DNA of 64,000 nucleotides from Octopus bimaculoides (Eukaryota). This document shows, piece by piece, positions 27,510 through 39,299 of the stretch. Position 1 is the first letter of the stretch, and the number at the start of each line of letters is the position of its first letter. The notes beneath the pieces were generated by a model. The model was given only the letters and a program-made list of their open reading frames with translations. It made no database searches and was not told where the DNA came from. The position numbers and the translations under genes were made by a program. Location: positions 2,582,047-2,646,046 of the forward strand of contig NC_068987.1 in the NCBI RefSeq assembly GCF_001194135.2, written 5' to 3'.

Positions 27510-27556
<47 letters not shown>

Positions 27557-30500
27557 CAATGCCCACCAGGGAAATGCATCCTCTGCATCATATGTGGTGC
27601 ATGGGACAAGCAAAGAGTAAAAGAACCAATACAGTTGCAGAAAGACAACAAAGAAAACAATTAATAAATGAAAAAGATAAGTCTGAATTAAACAGAAAAT
27701 CTTGGATGATTTTTATTTACTTTCTTACAAAAATATAGAAGAAACTATTCACATATCCTCAAACAAACAACAAAACAAAGAGCAAATTTGTCTTTTTATA
27801 AAAAAAAAAAAAAAAAAATCCATGGAAGAGAGGACGAAGGTTTGTGAGTGTCATTTGTTTCGTTTTCTTTTTTTTTTAATTGACTTAAGGCTTTTGTCCC
27901 CAATTCTTAGAACACAAAAGATATGTTGTTTTGCTTGCTTTTTATTTCTTTTTCATTATTAATAATTATTATTGTTATTATCGTCATCATCAATGTTATC
28001 ATTAATTTTATCATAACTGTATTATTATTATTATTATTATTAATTACTATTGTTGTTGTTAGTTAACACATTTTTAGGGTTAAAATTACACCATCATTAT
28101 TTGTACATTTATATTATTATCATTTAAAAAAAAAATCTGTTGCAAAAAAAATATATATATTGTAAACAGAAACAACAACAACAACAAAAATCTGTAGAAA
28201 TTATCCACAAAAATCACTCTAAAAGATTGTGACAGTCGATGCCACCATAAACAGTGTCTCCATCACAACCACTGTGTGTATATGTATGTATAAAAGATAT
28301 ATATATATATATATCATGTGCAGATTTTATATATTAAGAAAAAAAGGAGGTAATCAGATTTGGATGAAAGGTACTATAGTGCTTTTAGTCCCTTTTTATT
28401 AGGGGTTCATCATGAATGATGTCTTGTAGAAAATGAATACCTTTCACATATATATGTGAGCAAGTTGAAAAAAATCTGGGTTGAATTTGTTTCTTTGGAT
28501 TTTGGCAACAGGGTGCTTTGGGGTGTGGTTATTTGAGACGTTCTTTGTCATTTCCATAACCCCCGCCCAAAAAACATTCAATCCCAGATTCTTTCTTTGT
28601 CCACTTACATATATATATAAGAGGTAAGAATTTTCTTTATGAAATCGTTCATGACGAATTCCCTCAAAGAGATGAAAGAACTAAATAAATAATTTTCATC
28701 CAAAATCTTGACTGCCTTCTTCGTAGTTGAATCTACTTATAATTTTTAAGGGTCTGAAGTTACATAAAATATGTGTAATGTGTGTTAAGGTGAAGACCTG
28801 TGGCACCAATTCTACATAAACACAATTTGGGAGTTTGGCTTATTCAATAACTTAAAAAGAAAGGAAAAAAACTGACCCTTTTTTTCTCACATTGAAACAC
28901 TATTGTTGTTATTACTATTGTTAAACACAAGGTTTGAAATGACATAAAGGGCTCAACACTGAAATCTCTTTTCTAAACAAGTTAGCTCAAGGGTGTCCCT
29001 TCTGTTGCCCCATTTCTCTCCAGCACATAGCAGCTGATCTAACAAGGGTCTTTCTATGCAGTCAACCCATCCACATATCACACCCAATTGCCATAAAAAT
29101 GAAAGGACCCACTAGAGAATGTAGTTCTAGATATTCAACAAGATGGTCATGGTTGGAATAACTTTGATCTGCTTGAAGTCTGACCAAGGGCTAAACGACC
29201 ACTACAGATAATGTGCAATACTTTGTTTTAGTAAAAGTGTTCTTCAATACAACCCCAAGACACGTCGAGTGAAAGGAAACTAAAAGAATCCTTTCAAGAC
29301 TTTCACATACATGAAGTGAATAGAGAACTGTAACAGTTTCTACGGAAACGGTTAACCTTAAACCTGTTCATCTCAACCCAATGCTCTAACATTGAGCACT
29401 AACAATAACAACAACCACAATAATAATAATAATGATAATCCTTTCTAGCAGAAGGCCAGTAATTTTTTTGGCGGGGGTGGATGTTGAGTACATCAACCCT
29501 GATGTTTATTTCATTGATACCCAAAAGGATGAAAGGAAAAAAATCAACCTGAGTGGAATAATAATAATAATAATAATAATAATAGCAACAACCAATGTGA
29601 GAACCAAGTGTTCAGTTTGTATGTCTATGTACTGATGTGTGTGTGTGTATACCTTCAAAATTGTGTGTAATAAATATACACACATGAATGCATACAATTG
29701 TAGATATCTATACATATGTATGTATACATAAGTTTAAATATATATATATATGTGTGTGTACATGCATATAATTCCATACTTGTCTAAGAATATGAAAGAG
29801 TTATGTGTACACACACACACACACACACACACAATGCAAATTAAGCTGCTTGACATATACAACCAGTGTTTAGAATACTTCATGTGGCTCTACGGTGTAA
29901 AAGAGAAACCCATGAAGAGAATTGGCAGTGTCTAGTCCCAATTTCTTGCTTCTAGTCTCTTTGATTACAAAGACCACAGAGTATATACATAGAAATAATA
30001 AGACCGGACAGTTTTGTTGAGAAATCATTGATTCATATGGCATCTTTATACATGTTACAGTGGTAACCGGATGTCAGGCTACCATCATGTAATTAGTACA
30101 TCAACACAGTATCAGAGTTAGTATTAGAAACGGTAGCTTTATGTGATCCAGTCTTACTAACATTACCGAAACACATGGAGAGATACTCTAGGCTAATGAT
30201 TTCAAAACAAAACTATCCACTGCTTCTATAAATGTGTGTGTGTTTATATCTGATGTATATGTGCAGGTGAAAAATTATGTGTGCATGTACACATACACAT
30301 ACACACACATACTAGATGCTATGTGTGGGTGTGTGTCTGTGTATGTATTTGTGTGTGTCTATATATAACACATAAAAGTATCACTGTGTATTTGTATGGA
30401 GAGCCATAGATGGTCGTAAAAAGAACAGCCAAACGGCTGGATGTCGGTCCAGACCCTGCAAAAAAGAACTAAAAGACAAGGCACCTGTGGATAATAAAGA

Positions 30501-31414
30501 ATTGTCAGAGTGGAGTGTGGGTGGACATCAGCCTGGAACGGGATGTGTTAGCCCTGTGGGTAGAAGAATACTTGAATTCCAGTTAGAAATGGGGGGGGAG
30601 GATTTTTAGGAATTTTGTGTTTAATTTCATTAAAAAAAAGTTTGAAAAAAATGTAATAAAAGATGTATAAATTGTAAAATGGAGAAGAAATATGTATGAG
30701 CCAAGGTGACATGTTGTTTACTGAGAGGTTTGCTGTTAGAAAATTATTGAATTGTTGAGAAACTAAAAAACACCACTGCATCTTGTATAAAAAAGTTGGG
30801 TCAGAAAATATTTCAATGACAACTCTGTGTGTGTATGTTCTTGTATATGTGTGTGTGTCTTTGGAAATCAAACCTTTCATGAACCTTGGGGAGCCCTTAA
30901 CTGCACTTTTATAGCATTAATCAGACATGAGACATTTCTCTGGATAGTATGCTAATTTACAAACCAGAGGCTTTCAGTCATAATAGCAAATTCCACAAAC
31001 TTGTTCTAACCCCACTAAATTAAATATATCTTAAGGGCATCCTTAAATTAACTTTCAACAGATTCAAAAGTTTACTTCGAGTACATCAATGTTGTAAGGG
31101 GTTAGCTTTGTTTTTAACGTGACACATTAGTGGCCCCTAACAAAGAAACATCATTGGCACTTGATGTGACAAACATAACCTCTAACACAAAATACTTCTG
31201 TTATATATATGAACTTTTCTTGTAACCCCTCTCACATAAACACACAAGTTTAAATTTCAGGTAACCAAAGTTACCATGGGAAGAATTACACTAAAACCTT
31301 TTAATCTTTCAACATAGTTTTGATATTTTGAAAATTTTTATTTTCTACTTTATTTTAATACAAAAAAAAAACCTCATTTATAAAACACACACACACAGAC
31401 CAAATTCTAAATGG

Positions 31415-31420
31415 TTTATT
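31415..31420 (-). other. Candidate polyadenylation signal of the ELF/E74 gene
   Basis: AATAAA on the minus strand followed by a GT-rich tract (ttggtctgtgtgtgtgtgtttt). A second AATAAA at 27712-27717 could mark a longer 3'UTR. Confidence 0.35.
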
Positions 31421-33603
31421 GCAGCAGCTCCCACCAAGACCATGTGCTGGAATTACTGCTTGGGTTTGGAAGAGGTTGCTCTTTTGTGTTTATGTTAATA
31501 TGGATGGGTTTAGAGGCACTTTTTGGCGAAAATGAAACACTTTTGGATGAGATTTAAAACCTTTTTATAAAATACAAGATTATTGTCCACTTGTACACCC
31601 TGTGGAGACATTTATCTACACGTGGTGACTGGCTAAACTCCATGCACATTGTAACTTAATACAAACTCGTCACAGGTTAACTTCACAATGGTTAACTGAC
31701 CAGTTATATGTGTGCGCACAGCAATCATGGAGTGAGTAACCAGCCACATGTGCATGTAGCAGTTGCTGTAGGTGGGAGTTAACAATGCTACATTAAATCT
31801 TCTGCCATTTCAAGTTAGCCACATGTTCGTTGTGACATTTCCCCATCGTTGTACACCCCTGAAGTTAGTGGACAATTCCTCAAGTCCACAACTTATTCCT
31901 GCCATCAACGGGTAGCTATGCATTCTCCTTGTCTAAGGCAGTTATTCGATATTTGACACCAGAGCCATACACAGTACCAGCTGGAGGGAAGAGAATGCAG
32001 GTTCTCACATCACCATCATCAGGTCACTGCCCTAAACAAGCCTCAATGAGCAGCAGAATTGTTTGAGGAAATTCAACAACTCCCTCCCACAACCATTGTC
32101 CTGCTCATCTCTGGACACTGCACTTTGCTTTTTTCCCTCCAATACAATTTACCTGTTCTCGATTCATGCCTGACATTTCATTGGGAAACCTTTATCGTTT
32201 TGATCTTTCACCCCCATCATCTGTCCATCTTTCAATTATTAGATCCCATCTAACTGACCATTGCTGTCACTGACCACCATAAAACTCAACAAGTCTCTTT
32301 GACCACTGCAGTCTCATAGACCATTGTAACCTATGGACTTGAGCTGACCATAAGTAGTTTTGTTCATGTTAACTGGACTGAATGACTCTAGTCTCTAAAA
32401 ACTGCTGTTTGACCATCACAGTTAGTGACCAAAGTGGTCTCTGGCCAGTCTGACCAGTGTTTTCAATGACCCAATCGAGTCTAACAAACCTGGACTTTGA
32501 TATCATTAGATCTTCTCCCATCTGATCAGTTCACACCACTCATACAACTGACCAGATTCCATATTTTATCTGTTTTAGCTGCTGTGAAGTAAGTGTCTAT
32601 ATATATATATACACATATATATATATATACACACATATATATATATATACATATGAGTGAGTGTCAATGTTGTACAGTTGTAGAACTGTAGATGTAACTT
32701 TTTTTTTTTTCCTATTCTTTTTTGTTTCATGTATTAGTGTATGACGACATGTAAAAGGCAACTTTAACAGTATGTATAAGTATGTGAACAATTTAGATGT
32801 ATACATCCAGTGTATGCATGTATATTAACAAAATATGTAAGTCAAAATTAAATAACACACAAATCAGAGCTTTGATGATGAAAACCATGAAAGAAGACAA
32901 CAAAACAAATATGCATGTATACATATATATATATACACACATATATATATACACAAGCATATGTGTGAATATGCATATAATGTAATTTCTGTTTAACTCA
33001 TTGATGGGTATCGTTCATTATATTTCCTCTTAACTGCTAACAAAGCTGGCGGTGAACACGAACCCATACACACTGGCCATTAACACTCTCCAATCACACA
33101 TTCACGTGTTCATGTTCACAGCCAGTGCAGATGATAAAACGTTTCTCAAAACTTAACTTTCTTTTCTTTTGGCAATAAATACATTTTTTCTTTTTTTTGC
33201 CAATGTCCTTCAATCTCACACAACCAACTTAGGAAGAAACCGTTTTTTTTTCTTCATTTTTTCTTTTTTTTTTTACACTAGTTGAGAGGAAATCAACAAT
33301 ATTCTTTAATTCTTTACAACAGACTCAACTTTCCCTCCTCAGTGTATGTCCCTCTCCCACCCCCACTGTACTTTCTCCCATGACATCAAACACTCCCTCT
33401 CTTTCTACTTTCTCTCTCTCTCTCTCTCTATGACACAAACATTAAAAAAGCCGTCACTGATAAATATATATCCGAAGAATAAATAAATAAATTAAAAAAA
33501 TCAATCTGGATTTAGTGACAGAGAGAGAGAATGAAAGAGAGAATGAGTGAGAAAGAGAGAGAGAGAGAGATGGGAGGGAAAAAATGAAGGAAGGAAAGAG
33601 AAC

Positions 33604-34140
33604 NNNNNNNNNNNNNNNNNNNNNNNNNNNNNNNNNNNNNNNNNNNNNNNNNNNNNNNNNNNNNNNNNNNNNNNNNNNNNNNNNNNNNNNNNNNNNNNNN
33701 NNNNNNNNNNNNNNNNNNNNNNNNNNNNNNNNNNNNNNNNNNNNNNNNNNNNNNNNNNNNNNNNNNNNNNNNNNNNNNNNNNNNNNNNNNNNNNNNNNNN
33801 NNNNNNNNNNNNNNNNNNNNNNNNNNNNNNNNNNNNNNNNNNNNNNNNNNNNNNNNNNNNNNNNNNNNNNNNNNNNNNNNNNNNNNNNNNNNNNNNNNNN
33901 NNNNNNNNNNNNNNNNNNNNNNNNNNNNNNNNNNNNNNNNNNNNNNNNNNNNNNNNNNNNNNNNNNNNNNNNNNNNNNNNNNNNNNNNNNNNNNNNNNNN
34001 NNNNNNNNNNNNNNNNNNNNNNNNNNNNNNNNNNNNNNNNNNNNNNNNNNNNNNNNNNNNNNNNNNNNNNNNNNNNNNNNNNNNNNNNNNNNNNNNNNNN
34101 NNNNNNNNNNNNNNNNNNNNNNNNNNNNNNNNNNNNNNNN
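33604..34140. other. Assembly gap (537 N) hiding the end of the ETS coding sequence; other large gaps at 9795-10235, 24434-24588, 37217-37393, 51025-51270, 52608-53103, 59280-59513
   Basis: Runs of N. Confidence 0.99.
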
Positions 34141-34148
34141 AGTAATAC
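34141..34148 (-). CDS. ELF/E74: ELF/E74 ETS factor: start of the post-ETS-core exon, continuing into the N gap
   Basis: Acceptor tttctgttgcag|G TAT TAC T joins the phase-2 donor at 35004 to give ...GRALR-Y-Y-(Y), the expected ETS continuation; sequence is lost in gap 33604-34140. Confidence 0.85.
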
Positions 34149-35003
34149 CTGCAACAGAAACAGAAGCCATCGTTAGAATTATTTCAACAATATTAATGGT
34201 GGCCAACAATTAAAACTCGTCTCATTTCGAGGGGGGGGGTATGTGAATCTTTGAATTTAAACTTTTAGATTTAATTCAATTTAGAAATAAATCTTCAGAT
34301 AGCATAGTATCTTGTGGGGGTGGGGGTGTCTTCTAGTGTGAGGGAAAGCCCTGGGGTGGGGATACTCTCATATTGTGGTATAGTTCTTATTATTCTGTAA
34401 TACAGCAAAGTACAGTTCTAATCAACCTTTCCCTTCTATAAAACAGTTCTAAATGACCATTCTGTTGTTATCTGGTACAATTGTAACTGACCATTTTATT
34501 CTATAATGTGACCACAAGTAACCTGTATATTCTGATAAAGGATCTAAAGTTACCTCCAGATCAATTTAACTCGATGTTTTCATTTTAAACCTTTAATCAA
34601 TTCTAGATTTCAAAGTTGCCAGAAATAATTTTTTTAAATCCCAACATTTTACAGGTTATCCATTGTCCTTCCGCCACCCCACCAAAATCCCACTGCCCTT
34701 GCTCCAAAGTTCCATTGCTTCGCACACCCTTTCTTCAAAGTCTTCCCCAAATATTAAACAGGTGTCTCCCCCACCCCAGTTGACCTGTCACCTCCATTTT
34801 AAAAAAAACAAAAAGGACACCATTCGATGTTAAAGAAAGAGATGGTCATGGCTAGAATGTCTGAAGTTTGACTTCAGTTAAACAGTAACAACTATAACAG
34901 GTCAGTTATAGCTTCAACCACTAAATATCACAACATAGATTTATAAACCTAGTTGACCCCCTCCTAACATCAGAAAATAAATGAAGGTTGTAGTGCAACT
35001 TAC

Positions 35004-35196
35004 CTGAGAGCTCTTCCCATTGTTTCATAATTCATATCTGGTTTGTTCTTATGATGGCCCCATAATTTAGATACTTCCTTGGAATCAACAAGTTTGAAAA
35101 TACCAAGATCTCTGTTTGTCCATTTGATGTATTTTGGACAAGTTTCTACATTTTGTAGTAATTTTAGCAAGAATTCCCATAAGTAAGTGGTGTTTC
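35004..35196 (-). CDS. ELF/E74: ELF/E74-subfamily ETS DNA-binding domain exon
   Basis: Encodes (G)[63 protein letters not shown](R). [19 protein letters not shown] is diagnostic of ELF1/2/4 and Drosophila E74. Acceptor ttttcattccag, donor AG|gtaagt. Confidence 0.97.
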
Positions 35197-35338
35197 CTGG
35201 AATGAAAATAGAAACAAAACAGAAAATGAGAAACGGACAAATTAAGGTCAAGAATATTTTTCTAGTTCTAAGAATGGAAGAAATTTGTTCAGTTGATAAC
35301 TAGATTCCACAAAGGATTCTCTATTTCATTCTGTAACT

Positions 35339-35401
35339 CAGTGGTTCCCAAACTTTCCACCACTCCCAGGGGTGCAGTACTGTCCACTTTGGGAACCACT
35401 G
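35339..35401. mobile_element. 63-bp hAT-type MITE
   Basis: Perfect 14-bp TIRs CAGTGGTTCCCAAA / TTTGGGAACCACTG with an 8-bp TSD (ctgtaact / ctataact, 7/8 match). Confidence 0.9.
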
Positions 35402-35431
35402 CTATAACTTGTATTCTTGAAGGATAATGGC

Positions 35432-35730
35432 AGGTATTTTTCGATGTTGTTATTATTCAGGTCACTGCCTGGATTCGAACTTGGAATCTTGGGGTTAGTA
35501 GCCTGTGCTCTTTACCACTACGCCATATGCCCGCAGGCATATGGTGTAGTGACCTGAATAACATCGAAAAATACCTTAGGAATGAGAACCCAGGTTGGAA
35601 ATTTCCCCAAGACACCTGATGAAGGCTGGAGGTTATATCAGCCGAAACATTGTGTTTACAACAAACAAGATGAGAACAAATATCTGTCAAATGTAAATAA
35701 TTCCTCATCTCTTAAATATAGAACTGTAAA
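35432..35730. mobile_element. tRNA-headed SINE-like element with a hammerhead-like core and an inverted 5' duplication
   Basis: Minus-strand tRNA-like head (A box TGGCGTAGTGGT, B box GTTCGAATCC) sits head-to-head with an internally deleted plus copy that continues to gacac-CTGATGA-a-ggctg-loop-cagcc-GAAA-c-att-gtgtt (35611-35656). Confidence 0.75.
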
Positions 35731-36477
35731 ATACTGCTAAATATTTCACTTGGGATGCTAACGATTCTGCCAGCTCATCACCTTAATAATAATAATAATA
35801 TTGCTATAAAGAACCACAGAAATGCCAGGCAACTCACCTTCTCGTTTCCTTTTTGTAGGGAACATTTGACAATCATTACTCTTCGGTTTGCGCCCTATGA
35901 GAAGGAAATAAAAGATTGTAAATGAAATGCAGAACAGTTTTGGAAGTGGGGAAGGGCTAATAAGGAGAGCCATTCCTTCCCATGGAACAGAACATTGAAT
36001 CACAATAGTAAATACCATTTGGTTTGACTCACACATTTTGAACACCAGTTAAAAATCAGTTTGTTAATCAGCATCAATCAACAGCAGAAACTGTCCATCA
36101 CCATGTTTTACACATAACAAATGATGTGTTTCCAATAACAACACAAGCCCAGCATCCCTAGTAACACAGCAAAGTGTCAATGTCACCAACATTAATGACT
36201 ATTGTCATGTGTGTGTGTTTACAATTTAACATGAAACGGTAACGTCTGTTGATATTCCCTAGTAACACATCAGCCCCATTGCTTCTGCACTTTTTAGGAT
36301 GAGTAGGATAAAAGAAGTGATTACTTGAAAACAGGTGTAGTGACAGGAAGAACATCTGGTTGCAATACCAGGCCTTGATCCATATTTGTTCACTCAAAAA
36401 TATATGGGGCTATGTATATATATACATATATATATATAGACAGATATACATGTAATTGATATTAACGGATTCAGTCC

Positions 36478-36780
36478 TACTTATGGCACTTCGAGCAAAT
36501 GTCTTCTGCAATAGCCTTGAGCCAACCAAAGCCTTGCGAGTGCATTTGGTAGATGGAAACTGAAAGAAGCCTGTTGTGTGCGTTTGTACCCCTCCATCCC
36601 TGACAACTAGTGTTGGTGTGTTTACCGCCCCTGTAACTTAGCAGTTCGGCAAAAGAGACCAATAGAATAATACCAGACTTTAACAGAAATAAGTATTGAT
36701 ATCAATTCATTCGACGAAAAATTCTTGAAGGTGGTGCCCCAGCAAGGCCACAGCCTCATGATTGAAACAGATACAATAAA
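36478..36780 (+). mobile_element. SINE family B (5'-truncated)
   Basis: ccaaagccttgcgagtgcatttggtagatggaaactgaaagaagcc...taacttagcagttcggcaaaagagacc. Confidence 0.8.
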
Positions 36781-37499
36781 GCCAGTCTTTGTGGTATTAC
36801 AAAAGAAAGTGATATTGTTCAACCCTAGGTTGTCAGGTGGTCCCCAATCCTGCAGAACTTTAATGAAAGACCTTCTAGCCATGACCATCCCTCCTTTTCA
36901 GTGGTCCTTTCCTTACCCAAGACAGTAGAGTGTCATTTCAGATTGATCTGGCTGCTATATCTAGCAGGCTTTGTGACAACACAGTGGCTCTTTTATTGTG
37001 GGTGTTGGTGAAAGTCATTAGTTCTACGGTGGTGGTGGTGGTGGTGTGAGGGGGGGGGAGACACTCGAGACAGAAGAGCAGTTGTTACACATAAGTATTT
37101 GTTATTGACACCACCACCACCACCACCACCGCTGCTGCTGCTGCTGCTGCTACAGGTGATCAGTTCCCACAGTGAGTTGCCTGTTTTGAAGACTGCAACT
37201 GATTCAGAACAACCAANNNNNNNNNNNNNNNNNNNNNNNNNNNNNNNNNNNNNNNNNNNNNNNNNNNNNNNNNNNNNNNNNNNNNNNNNNNNNNNNNNNN
37301 NNNNNNNNNNNNNNNNNNNNNNNNNNNNNNNNNNNNNNNNNNNNNNNNNNNNNNNNNNNNNNNNNNNNNNNNNNNNNNNNNNNNNNNNNNNNNTTCTTTC
37401 AACTAATTTTAAATTTATCTTGGGTTATTTGGCTGTGACCAAGCTGGGGCAACACCCTGAAGAAATTTTGGTCAAACAAACCAACCCAAGTACTTTGTT

Positions 37500-37790
37500 T
37501 CTTTAAGCCTGGTATTTATTTTATCAGTTTCTTTTGCCAAACTTCTATGTTACAGGGATGTAAATAGACCAACACTGGTTGACAAGTGATATAGTGGGGG
37601 ACAGACGCAAAAACACACACATGACAGGCTTCTTTCAGTTTCCATCTATAAAACCCACTCGCAAAGATTTGATCAGCCTAGGGCTATAGTAGAAGACACT
37701 TACAAAAGGTGCCATGCAGTGGGACTGAACCTGGGGCCATGTGGTTGGAAATCAAACTTGTTACCACACAGCCATGTCTGCACCTTCACA
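37500..37790 (-). mobile_element. SINE family B
   Basis: ggcttctttcagtttccatct...ggtgccatgcagtgggactgaacc...ccacacagccatg, the reverse complement of the family B head and body. Confidence 0.8.
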
Positions 37791-37822
37791 TCAATGAAGG
37801 TCACTGTGAAGCTAAACAATAA

Positions 37823-38035
37823 CATCATCATCATCATCGTTTAACGTCGGCTTTCCATGCTGGCATGGGTTGGACAGTTTGACTAGGGACTGGCAAGCCA
37901 GGAGGCTGTACCAGGCTCCTATCTGATCTGGCAAGGTTTCTACAGCTAGATGCCCTTCCTAACACCAATCACTCAGAGAGTGTAGTGGGTGCTTTTTCGT
38001 GCCACCAGCACAAGAGCCAGTCAGGTGGCAGTACT
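37823..38035 (-). mobile_element. SINE-like family C (RTE-type GGACGTTAAACGATGATG tail)
   Basis: Reverse complement of the copy at 40771-41037. Confidence 0.85.
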
Positions 38036-38070
38036 ATTAGAATTATTATTATTATTATTACGAAACTCAC

Positions 38071-38163
38071 CTTTTTTATTTTTTTTGCCAAATGGAGATG
38101 AGGGTGGCGTGGTGGCTTCAACAGACTGATGGACATTTACAGAAGGAGGTGCCGGATGGTAAA
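38071..38163 (-). CDS. ELF/E74: ELF/E74 exon (93 nt, phase 1/1): TPPSSP motif and basic NLS-like stretch
   Basis: ttatctttctgcag|TT TAC CAT...YHPAPPSVNVHQSVEATTPPSSPFGKKNKK G|gtgagt; joins in frame to the ETS exon. Confidence 0.85.
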
Positions 38164-38424
38164 CTGCAGAAAGATAAACAAATTCAATTAAAGATTTCTG
38201 ACATAATTAACACAACACTAATGACTTTGTTTTACGTGTGTGGAAGGGGCTTGGGTGTGTTACAGTCAACCCCAGTATTTACCTTAAGTTTATTTACTGA
38301 GCCCCAGAAGAAGTTACAGCAGAGTGGCCTTCCTGGGATTTGAACACTGATCATGAAAAGTGAGTAAAACCCAAAAGCATTATATCCAACAATGTGTCTG
38401 CTATAATAATAATAATAATGATGA

Positions 38425-38840
38425 TGGTTTCAAATTTTAGCACAAGGCCAGCACTTGTGGGGGAAGGGGTCCGTTGATTACATTGACCCCCAGCATTCAG
38501 CTGATACTTATTTTATTGTCCCTGAAAGGATAGAAAGCCAAGTGGGTCCTGGCAGAATTTGAACTCAGAACATAAAGATGGATGAAATACCACTAAGAAT
38601 TTCAACCAGCCCCCTAACGGTTCTGCCAACTCACCATCTTATAATAATAATAATAATAATGCTTTCTACTATAAGCACAAGGCCTGAAATTTTGGGGGAG
38701 GGAGCTACTTGATTAGATCGACACCAGTATGCAACTGGTACTTAATTTATTGACCCTGAAAGGATGAAAGGCAAAGTCGACCTTGGTGGAATTTGAACTC
38801 GGAACGTGATGACAGACAATTCTGCCAGCTCACTGCCTTT
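38425..38840 (-). mobile_element. Two family A SINEs
   Basis: cacaaggcc...gaaaggat(a/g)aaag(cc/gc)aaagt...ggaatttgaactc twice. Confidence 0.8.
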
Positions 38841-39093
38841 TTCCATAATAATAATAATTTGTAACGTAGACAAAAGGCTTAATCAGAGAACTTTGGGTGA
38901 AAAAAAAAAAGTGTTTGCTTGAAATTAATCCCAATTTGTGATATGTGTGTGTGGAAGGGTGTATTAGAGGAGTTAGATGTAATTCTAAAGATATCAGGGT
39001 GGTCACTTTAAGAAATAGGGGTCGGGTGAACATTTAGAATGACTAATGTGAAGATTTATAAGAAACATTTAATACACAAACACACACACATAT

Positions 39094-39154
<61 letters not shown>

Positions 39155-39209
39155 TATATATATATATAGAAATAGTGAAAAGAAGGTGTAATAAAGGTGG
39201 TTCACTTAC

Positions 39210-39299
39210 TTGGCCTGACAGGAGGACGTGTGGAAGTACTTAGAGTATTTAACATAGGTTGGTGTGCAGGGGGTGGTAACCAGAATGTATGTGGTAAGA
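39210..39299 (-). CDS. ELF/E74: ELF/E74 exon (90 nt, phase 1/1), proline-rich
   Basis: tttgttcgtttcag|TC TTA...LPHTFWLPPPAHQPMLNTLSTSTRPPVRP A|gtaagt; open and phase-compatible with both neighbours. Confidence 0.8.

Noticed and set aside
31440-32250. GC-moderate stretch that looked like a further ELF coding exon
   Set aside because: All three minus frames have multiple stops; it sits just before an AATAAA plus GT-rich element and fits 3'UTR better.
35462-35531. tRNA-like sequence with A and B boxes (also the heads at 2666, 5601, 26268, 52154)
   Set aside because: No complete cloverleaf or acceptor stem, and each continues into a SINE body; these are SINE heads, not tRNA genes.
37099-37216. 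Poly-G/poly-S segment with an acceptor-like site between exons 38071 and 35196
   Set aside because: No matching donor; the neighbouring exons already join in frame; the (CCA)n/(CTG)n repeats explain the composition.
5601-38840. Recurrent near-identical about 200-bp units that might suggest a CRISPR-like array
   Set aside because: They are dispersed SINE copies with no regular repeat-spacer period, in eukaryotic DNA with no cas genes.
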